Shown one piece after another: positions 1 to 6,242 of a stretch of DNA of 17,031 nt. Source of the DNA: Thermococcus sp. JdFR-02 (GTDB taxonomy: Archaea > Methanobacteriota_B > Thermococci > Thermococcales > Thermococcaceae); the NCBI GenBank assembly GCA_002009975.1, contig MTLP01000043.1, forward strand, positions 1 through 17,031. Reading direction: 5' to 3'. The position numbers and the translations under genes are program-made. The notes beneath the pieces are model-generated. The model saw only the letters and a list, made by a program, of their open reading frames with translations, had not been told where the DNA came from and made no database searches. Each line of letters opens with the position of its first letter. The stretch's first letter is position 1.

Positions 1-1017
1 GGAAAGATAGTAACCGCAGGGCAGTGGCTCACTGTGGCGAGCTTCTCACAGCCGAAGGGCAAGACCGATATAACGGTTTCATTCAAGGTGTACTCGCTCG
101 GCGGTCAGCGTGAGAGGGTGCACATCCGCATAACTGACGAAGCAGGGAATGTCAGAAAGTACGTGCGCGACTACTACATAGACGCGCCACCCTACGCGAG
201 GCTCACCTCGCCGAAGCCTGGAAGCACAGTAGGGCCAGAGTATAATGTTGGATTATTCGAAGGAGAAGCTTTCTGGAGCGCTGGGAAACCAGAAAGATAC
301 TGCAGCAGCTGGGGCTACTGCTGGGGCGCGAGTGATGCGGTCTACGTCAGAATCAACGGCGGAAGTTGGTACAAAGCTGCGCCACTGAATAAGAGAAGGT
401 GGGGTTACTCAAGTACTTGGATATACGACTGGGGTCGCTGGAGAGTCTCAGCAAACAAAGCACTCTTCAAGCCTAACACATGGAACACAATCGAAGTGAA
501 AGTGAAAGACACCTTGGGCAGAGAGGCGGTCTACACCTACAAGGTATACTACAAGGAACCGAACACCATAGTTTGGAACTTTGACTCGGGAGATTATTCC
601 AAATGGACGATCAACGGCTACACCACGGGCAGGTCCCGTCCAAATGCGGCATATACCACTGTAACTGGTTACAATACCTATCACCAGACGCGACAGAGAT
701 TCATCGTTGACGGTGTAACAAAGTATACTAAGGGAGGGTGTGGTGTAAAGGCGTGGGGATGGACAAAAAGCACTGCGATCACGATCCCCGCTGGTGTCCA
801 CACGTTTGAGTGGAGACAAGAGCCTTTGAGATGTACCTCTTGGGGCAATTGGGTCTCCGTATATTCAGGAAACCCAAGAATCGCCAGCGTAAGGCTGGGA
901 CTTTCGAGGTCTTACACGCTGACGTATTATTCAAAGGCTTGGACAGTAAGCGGGGGATGTTCTGATTGTTATAAAAATGCTGGAGCCGTTGATGACATAA
1001 TCCTCCAAGCTAGGTAG
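1..1017 (+). CDS. C-terminal part of a large extracellular/surface protein (Ig-like domains plus a C-terminal beta-sandwich, CBM/MAM-like), 5'-truncated by the window edge
   Basis: The frame is open from base 1 (GKIVTAGQWLTVASF...). Ig-like signatures include 'YIDAPPYARLTSPKPGSTV', 'VYVRINGGSW' and 'NTIEVKVKDTLG'. The final domain runs 'WNFDSGDYSKW...AVDDIIL'. The protein is rich in W/Y/T/G/C. Confidence 0.7.
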   Translation, partial: GKIVTAGQWLTVASFSQPKGKTDITVSFKVYSLGGQRERVHIRITDEAGNVRKYVRDYYIDAPPYARLTSPKPGSTVGPEYNVGLFEGEAFWSAGKPERYCSSWGYCWGASDAVYVRINGGSWYKAAPLNKRRWGYSSTWIYDWGRWRVSANKALFKPNTWNTIEVKVKDTLGREAVYTYKVYYKEPNTIVWNFDSGDYSKWTINGYTTGRSRPNAAYTTVTGYNTYHQTRQRFIVDGVTKYTKGGCGVKAWGWTKSTAITIPAGVHTFEWRQEPLRCTSWGNWVSVYSGNPRIASVRLGLSRSYTLTYYSKAWTVSGGCSDCYKNAGAVDDIILQAR

Positions 1018-1031
1018 CGGAGGTGACCCTA

Positions 1032-1505
1032 TTGTCTAAGAAGGGCAGGGTATCCAACAGCGCAATGATTGTAAACAACAGGGCAGCAGTTGACACATCC
1101 TTCCTTGCTCTCTCTTTATTCGTGGTCGCTGTCGCTGCGCTAGTGTTCTTTGTCCACCACGGCGCTATGGTGGCCAATAACCCCGGCGGACACGTATCGG
1201 AACAGATGGTCTACGGCAAGATAAGCGAGGTAGATGTACGGGAGATACTGGAGAAGGCTTACCTCAAAGCTGCGCAGGAAGCGGGTGCAAACGGTGCCAG
1301 TTCTCAAGCAGATGTAGACATGCTTTTCTCACAGTACGCCACGCAGTGGTTGCAGAACTACTTCAGGGAGAGAGGCATCCATAACGTGAGTGTCAGCATT
1401 AGCATGGCGACTGTGCCAGAGGAGCAAGAGAAGAGTTACGGTTCCACGACCTCGTTGCGCTACGGTAGGTATGTTGTGACTGTGGCAACGCCGCCTCAGA
1501 GCTGA
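1032..1505 (+). CDS. Pilin-like membrane protein with a putative class III signal peptide
   Basis: SD GGAGGTGA (1019-1026) precedes an in-frame TTG at 1032; ATG 1065 is an alternative start. A basic N-terminus is followed by 'NRA|AVDTSF' and a hydrophobic stretch LALSLFVVAVAALVFF, resembling archaeal prepilin cleavage motifs. Confidence 0.55.
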   Translation: MSKKGRVSNSAMIVNNRAAVDTSFLALSLFVVAVAALVFFVHHGAMVANNPGGHVSEQMVYGKISEVDVREILEKAYLKAAQEAGANGASSQADVDMLFSQYATQWLQNYFRERGIHNVSVSISMATVPEEQEKSYGSTTSLRYGRYVVTVATPPQS

Positions 1506-1510
1506 TACTC

Positions 1511-1550
1511 CTTTTTATACTTCATTTCACCTCCGATGCTGAGGTGGTGA
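1511..1550 (+). promoter_or_regulatory. TATA box (CTTTTTATA) plus SD (GAGGTG) upstream of the lipoprotein-HTH-TFB genes
   Basis: TTTTTATA at 1512-1519 lies about 35 nt upstream of GTG 1553. The T-run could also terminate the upstream gene. Confidence 0.5.
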
Positions 1551-1552
1551 AA

Positions 1553-1951
1553 GTGAAGAAGATCGTGCTTGTTGCGGCGGTTCTGCTTATCGCTGCCGTA
1601 GCAGGTTGCACAGGCAGACCTCTTTCACAGGGAGGCACTTCTACGGTGCCTGAAGCAGCAACCCTGGCGTCCAGCAGCGTGGCGAATATCGCAGAGAGTT
1701 ACATTGAGAAGTACTTCGCACCAGAGGGAGAAGAGGTAAAGGTTACATCCGTCTGGGAGGAACACGGTGTTTACGGTTTCAACGTCAGTGTTGGCGGCTA
1801 CAACTACACCTCCTACATCACGAAGGACGGGAAGCTCATATTCCCGACGGGCTTCTACACCGACAAAGCGCCGCCTATGCCAGAGCAGGTTCCACCACCG
1901 CCTGAGGTTCAGGGGGCAGAACCAGAGCAGTTGGGGGGCATGAACGAGTAG
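1553..1951 (+). CDS. Lipoprotein with a DsbC/DsbG N-terminal-like domain and a Pro/Glu-rich tail
   Basis: MKKIVLVAAVLLIAAVAG-C is a lipobox. 'VKVTSVWEEHGVYGFNV...YITKDGKLIFP' resembles the DsbC-type dimerisation domain. The start is moved from 1544 to GTG 1553 on SD spacing. Confidence 0.65.
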   Translation: MKKIVLVAAVLLIAAVAGCTGRPLSQGGTSTVPEAATLASSSVANIAESYIEKYFAPEGEEVKVTSVWEEHGVYGFNVSVGGYNYTSYITKDGKLIFPTGFYTDKAPPMPEQVPPPPEVQGAEPEQLGGMNE

Positions 1952-1967
1952 CGCTGGAGGTGCGTCT

Positions 1968-2114
1968 GTGAGGAAGATACGCATCAACCTTCAGGAGCTG
2001 GTATCGGCGCTCACAGACTCAAAAGGAACCTTCGAAGCGCTGGCGGCGAAGCACGGGTGCACGCCTGAGGAACTTGCAGATGCGCTCATGCAGGGCAAGT
2101 GGAGGGTAGTGTGA
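1968..2114 (+). CDS. Small 48-aa HTH-like protein (not in the ORF track)
   Basis: SD GGAGGTG at 1956-1962, GTG 1968, TGA 2112-2114. It translates as MRKIRINLQELVSALTDSKGTFEALAAKHGCTPEELADALMQGKWRVV and fills the gap to the TFB ATG. Confidence 0.65.
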   Translation: MRKIRINLQELVSALTDSKGTFEALAAKHGCTPEELADALMQGKWRVV

Positions 2115-2116
2115 CG

Positions 2117-3055
2117 ATGCAGTGCAGCGAGTGCGGTAGCACCCTCCTGCACACAGACTACAGCAGAGGTGAGGTAGTCTGCGGAAGCTGCGGCCTAGTG
2201 GTAGAGGAGGATCTTGTGTACGGAGGCCTGGAGAGAACTGCATTCAGCGTGGAGGAGATGGTGAAGCGCGTAAGAACGGGCCCTGCGGAAACCCTCCTCT
2301 ACCATGATAAGGGGCTTCACACAGAAGTAGGAGACCTTGCAGTAGACTTCACGCACGGGAGGGGTATGTCAGCGAACCAGCGGACAAGGGCACTGAAGCT
2401 TCGCAGGTTGCAACGCATTGAGCGAGTGAACGTGAACAAAACACTCACAAATGCCCTGCAGGAGCTGAGCAGGATATGCTCGATACTCGAGTTGCCCCAC
2501 GAAGCAAGGGAGGTGGCTGCACGCTACCTAAGGCTGGCAGTAAACGAGCGAGTACATACGGGAAGGGGTATATCTAACACCGCTGCAGCCTCCGTGTTGC
2601 TCGCAACGAAAATCCGCAGGATGGGAAGGTCTATCGAGGAGGTCGCAGCAGCCGCAGGCGTTGATGTCAAGATGCTCACCAGAACTTACAGAGCCATCAA
2701 AAGAGTCACACGCGCTAGGGTGCCTGCGCAGAAGCCAGAAAACCTCCTTCCGAAGCTGTGCAGCCGCGTCGGAGGCACAAACCACACGTTGGCGTTGGCG
2801 AGGGAAGTGGTGCGCAGCTTCAGGGAGAGAGACCCTGGGGCAATGTCAGGAGCAAACCCCTACTCAATCGCAGCATCAGCGCTGTACTTCGCTGCAAAAT
2901 TGCTGGGGGAGTATCATATCACGCAGAGAAAGGTTGCCGAGGCCGCTGACGTGACAGAACCCACCGTGCGCACTTGGTACAGACGTATAGCCGAGACGTT
3001 GACTCAGGAGGACGTGGAAGAGTTGCTGGGTGAGGTAGAACCTCATCGGGGGTGA
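2117..3055 (+). CDS. tfb: Transcription initiation factor IIB (TFB), divergent
   Basis: Zn ribbon CSEC...CGSCG, 'RVRTGP...HDKGLHT', two cyclin repeats, and C-terminal HTH 'TQRKVAEAADVTEPTVR'. ATG 2117 is preferred over GTG 2099. Confidence 0.95.
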   Translation: MQCSECGSTLLHTDYSRGEVVCGSCGLVVEEDLVYGGLERTAFSVEEMVKRVRTGPAETLLYHDKGLHTEVGDLAVDFTHGRGMSANQRTRALKLRRLQRIERVNVNKTLTNALQELSRICSILELPHEAREVAARYLRLAVNERVHTGRGISNTAAASVLLATKIRRMGRSIEEVAAAAGVDVKMLTRTYRAIKRVTRARVPAQKPENLLPKLCSRVGGTNHTLALAREVVRSFRERDPGAMSGANPYSIAASALYFAAKLLGEYHITQRKVAEAADVTEPTVRTWYRRIAETLTQEDVEELLGEVEPHRG

Positions 3056-3103
3056 TGAAGAACGTTTGAGATTAACTATAGTAGGAATGCAAGGCTGAAA
3101 ACG

Positions 3104-3556
3104 GTGCTGGCTAAGATACGAGGGAAGAGAACACGACCTTCTGCGTTTCACAGGAACCAAAGTGCATCTTGTAAAACTCCCAAGGGCAAACCTCATGAGC
3201 CTGATGGTGATGCTGCCCTAAACACAGAGACCTGTGCCGTGTGCAAAGTGGCCTCCCTCGTGCACAGACTTAGCTGGCGTATCGAGAACCTCGAATTGCG
3301 TATCAAGAACCTTGAGCGCAAACTTCTGGCAGAACTATCCAGCGAGGAGACAGTGATGCTTCAAACGCTGTACACTGAGACCACAAGGGGGAGGAGCATC
3401 CCCGACGACATGATGACACCCCCAGAGAGGAGAGTACTCAGGAAGTTGGAGGAAAAAGGTTTTGTCAGGTGTACAGTGGTGACAGACAACGGCCTGCGCA
3501 GGGCGTTCTGGGAACTGACTATTGCGGGGAAAAACTTGGTCGAAAACCCATTTTAG
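3104..3556 (+). CDS. Putative regulator: CxxC, coiled coil and C-terminal winged helix
   Basis: Contains 'CAVCK', the heptad 'IENLELRIKNLERKL' and the wHTH tail 'RRVLRKLEEKGFV...WELTIAGKNLV'. The start codon is uncertain. Confidence 0.6.
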   Translation: MLAKIRGKRTRPSAFHRNQSASCKTPKGKPHEPDGDAALNTETCAVCKVASLVHRLSWRIENLELRIKNLERKLLAELSSEETVMLQTLYTETTRGRSIPDDMMTPPERRVLRKLEEKGFVRCTVVTDNGLRRAFWELTIAGKNLVENPF

Positions 3557-3596
3557 GAGTCACCAATGCCGAAAGTAATCGACCTCTGAATTGACA

Positions 3597-3606
3597 CTTA
3601 TATATG
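3597..3606 (+). promoter_or_regulatory. TATA box upstream of the radical SAM-PCNA operon
   Basis: CTTATATATG lies about 30 nt upstream of ATG 3636, with a GGTGG SD at 3627. Confidence 0.5.
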
Positions 3607-3635
3607 TCTTCTTTGTCTGAGGAGTCGGTGGTTAA

Positions 3636-4406
3636 ATGCAGAGTATCAAAAGGAGAAGCCTTCTAAACGAGTCAGACGTTGAGTGGACAGACTACTGCAT
3701 AAACCACTACGCTGGTTGCGTTCACGGCTGCACGTACTGCTACGCGAGGAAACTTCACGAAGCATTCTGGCGGGGACGTTGGGGGAAGTTCCGCGAAGTA
3801 AAGCCAGTGCGCAACGCTTTAGAGCTTCTGGAAAAGGACCTGCGTAGAAAGAAGCCAGGGACGGTATTGCTCAGCAGCATGTGCGACCCCTATCCGCCAG
3901 CCGAAAAAAAGCTGAGGCTAACGAGGCGTATTTTAGAGAAGCTTCTCGATACCGATTTTCATGTGCTCGTTCTTACGAAATCGTCCTTGGCTTGGTGGGA
4001 TATCGACATCATGGAAGGGCATGATAACGTAGAGCTGGGCGTGACGCTCACCACTCTCAGCGAAAAGCAGGCAAAAAGGTATGAGCCCAGAGCAAGCCCG
4101 CCAGAGGACAGGCTTCACGTGCTTAAGGTAGCACACGAGTTCGGAGTAAAAACATTCATCAGCGTAGAGCCATGGATACCCTACGTAACAAACCCTTGGG
4201 AAATAGTGCGACATTCCAAGCGCTTCGTGGACAGGTTTATCATCGGTGCTCTGAACTACGTGAGTATACCTCCTGGGTTCTACCAACGCGAACTTCCCGC
4301 GCTTGTGAGGAAGCTTGACAGCGTTGGTGTAGAGTACATGCTCAAGAGCGAGTTGTTGGAAAAAGCAGGGGTACAGAATGGAAAACACTTTTCAGGAGGT
4401 GGTTGA
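3636..4406 (+). CDS. Radical SAM protein, SPL-like (COG1533-type) with DUF5131/Gp37-Gp68-like features
   Basis: CxxxCxxC lies in 'EWTDYCINHYAGCVHGCTYCYA'. Other motifs are 'SSMCDPYPP', 'VLTKS', 'YEPRASPPEDRL' and 'FISVEP'. Confidence 0.85.
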   Translation: MQSIKRRSLLNESDVEWTDYCINHYAGCVHGCTYCYARKLHEAFWRGRWGKFREVKPVRNALELLEKDLRRKKPGTVLLSSMCDPYPPAEKKLRLTRRILEKLLDTDFHVLVLTKSSLAWWDIDIMEGHDNVELGVTLTTLSEKQAKRYEPRASPPEDRLHVLKVAHEFGVKTFISVEPWIPYVTNPWEIVRHSKRFVDRFIIGALNYVSIPPGFYQRELPALVRKLDSVGVEYMLKSELLEKAGVQNGKHFSGGG

Positions 4407-4408
4407 GC

Positions 4409-5146
4409 ATGAGGTTGGTACTTTCTGACGCAAAAGTACTGAAGTCAATTGTAGATACTCTCTCCAACCTGATAGATGAGGCCAAGCTAGTAGTTTCTCC
4501 AGAAGGCATCAGTTTGCGCGCTATGGATCCTGGACATGTTGCCCTGGCTGACCTCAACATGAGCAAGGTGGCTTTTGAGGAGTACCACGTGGAGAGCAAC
4601 TTGGAACTCGGAATCGACTTTGACAGGCTGAACACGATACTGAAGCGTGCGGGCAGCAGCGACAAGATAGAGCTGTCCTTAAGCGAAGACGCCAGCGCGC
4701 TGATAATAACTATCCGGAACTCGGCAATGCGGCGCTTCGACCTCCCGCTTATAGATGTGAGCGAGGAGGAGCTTCGCATTCCCCAGCTGGACTTCCTTGC
4801 GGAGGTGGAGGTCGACCCGAAGATACTCAGCGAGGGCATAAAGGATGCGGAGATAGTCAGCGATCACGTGACCCTGAAGTGCGACTCTGAGAACCTCTAC
4901 ATTTCCGCTAGCGGCGATCTGGGCAACGTTGAGGTGAAGGTGAGCAAGGAGCGGGCGCTGAACTTTGAAGTAAGCGAACCCTGCAAGAGCATGTTCTCTA
5001 TTGAATACTTGAAGGACATGCTTAAGGCAGTCGATGCCGCCTCCACAATCAGGTTGCATCTGGGCACAGACATTCCCATGAGACTCGACTTCCTCGCAGA
5101 GGGTGTAAAGCTAGACTTTCTCCTTGCTCCGAGAATTGAGGGGTGA
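4409..5146 (+). CDS. pcn: DNA sliding clamp PCNA
   Basis: Motifs 'GISLRAMDPGHVAL', 'AFEEY', 'FSIEYLKDM' and terminal 'LLAPRIE'. About 245 aa, with SD GGAGGTG at 4395-4401. Confidence 0.97.
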   Translation: MRLVLSDAKVLKSIVDTLSNLIDEAKLVVSPEGISLRAMDPGHVALADLNMSKVAFEEYHVESNLELGIDFDRLNTILKRAGSSDKIELSLSEDASALIITIRNSAMRRFDLPLIDVSEEELRIPQLDFLAEVEVDPKILSEGIKDAEIVSDHVTLKCDSENLYISASGDLGNVEVKVSKERALNFEVSEPCKSMFSIEYLKDMLKAVDAASTIRLHLGTDIPMRLDFLAEGVKLDFLLAPRIEG

Positions 5147-5161
5147 ACCGAGGGGAGGTGG

Positions 5162-5377
5162 ATGAGGTTCTGGAATCGAGACCATAAGAGGAAGTTCATC
5201 CTTGAGGCAATAGGATATGGCGAAAAAGTATCGCTCTCGGAACTGATGGACAGGTTAGCTTCAAGAGGCTACAGGCCAAGCAGACACGAACTTGCATTGT
5301 TCATCAGGAACAACATGCTCTACCGCTACTTGGCAGTAGAGAAGAAGAACGGCATTAACCTTTATCGGAGGATATGA
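5162..5377 (+). CDS. Small winged-helix DNA-binding protein
   Basis: 71 aa and basic, with pattern 'ILEAI...VSLSELMDRL...ELALFI...VEKKNGINLYRR'. A GGAGGTG SD lies upstream and the gene overlaps the next one. Confidence 0.65.
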   Translation: MRFWNRDHKRKFILEAIGYGEKVSLSELMDRLASRGYRPSRHELALFIRNNMLYRYLAVEKKNGINLYRRI

Positions 5378-5790
5378 TGAGGATACCAGAGGGGAGAGTG
5401 CTTGGTTCCGCCAGAGGAGTAAACGTCCGCGAGGCGGTGCAGCAGGCGATGGAGAAGAAGCTGACGGGATACCTCGTGGTAATGGGAGAGGGTATCATCG
5501 TCATGGATGAGGGGAGGATACTACACGCAGTATTGCGCAACGCCACAGGAGAGAAAGCTCTAAGAAGACTCCTCACCTTGACCACTGACGTTGAAGCGCA
5601 TGCGCTTGATGAAATTGAGATGGTGCTCTTGATTAAAATGCTGGGAATTGAGATAGGTGTGCAGCTGAACCATGTGCTCACTGAGTGCCACGCCGCAAAG
5701 GGGAGGGAAGAGTTGCTGAGAAAGTACGGTATCCAAGAACCGTCCGAGATAGAGGTTGAGAGCATCATCAAAAGAGCCCTGGAGGAGTGA
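5374..5790 (+). CDS. DUF2226 / PATAN(DUF4388)-like protein
   Basis: 'KKLTGYLVV...GIIVMDEGRILHA...TGEKAL' plus the C-terminal 'REELLRKYGIQEPSEIEVESII' tail, which I recognise from archaeal DUF2226 proteins. Confidence 0.65.
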   Translation: MMRIPEGRVLGSARGVNVREAVQQAMEKKLTGYLVVMGEGIIVMDEGRILHAVLRNATGEKALRRLLTLTTDVEAHALDEIEMVLLIKMLGIEIGVQLNHVLTECHAAKGREELLRKYGIQEPSEIEVESIIKRALEE

Positions 5791-6051
5791 GTGGTGAGTA
5801 TCTACGACTGGCTGTTGCTGTTCTATGCGCTTGCTGCGGTGTCTACTGCGGCGTGTGCGGTGCTCGCAGTCGAGGTGCTCAGAGTGAGGAGAGAGCTGAA
5901 GGAGCTGAAAAAGGCCACAGACACCACGCAGGGTGAGGTCGAGATGATCAAGAAGAGGCTGGAGGCGCTGGTGCGCAGCAGCCGCGAAGAGATAGAAGCC
6001 GAAGAGCTGGTGAGGTTCTCAGAGAAGCTGATGCCTTCAAAACAGAGCTAG
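5791..6051 (+). CDS. Single-pass membrane protein with a coiled coil
   Basis: An N-terminal hydrophobic helix is followed by charged heptads. The gene abuts the preceding stop codon. Confidence 0.7.
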   Translation: MVSIYDWLLLFYALAAVSTAACAVLAVEVLRVRRELKELKKATDTTQGEVEMIKKRLEALVRSSREEIEAEELVRFSEKLMPSKQS

Positions 6052-6061
6052 CCACTGCGTT

Positions 6062-6091
6062 GCTCGGACTGGCGGGGCGACCAGTCCGAGC
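6062..6091. repeat. Perfect 11-bp inverted repeat (hairpin) right after the operon end; possible terminator or stabilising stem
   Basis: GCTCGGACTGG (6062-6072) pairs with CCAGTCCGAGC (6081-6091) around an 8-nt loop. Confidence 0.6.
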
Positions 6092-6242
6092 TGGCGAAGG
6101 AGGGTGTGTGAGAGCAGGGCACTGAGTACCTTACACGAACCAGATATATACCACTTTCCCGAAGGCGCTGGAAAACTGACTCATACCTTTTTATAGTTTA
6201 TTTCGTACTTCTGCTGGTGCATAAGGGTAATTAAAGACAGTT

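Noticed and set aside
448-5771. Minus-strand and alternate-frame ORFs overlapping the left operons
   Set aside because: They overlap well-supported genes (TFB, radical SAM, PCNA) and show no recognisable features.
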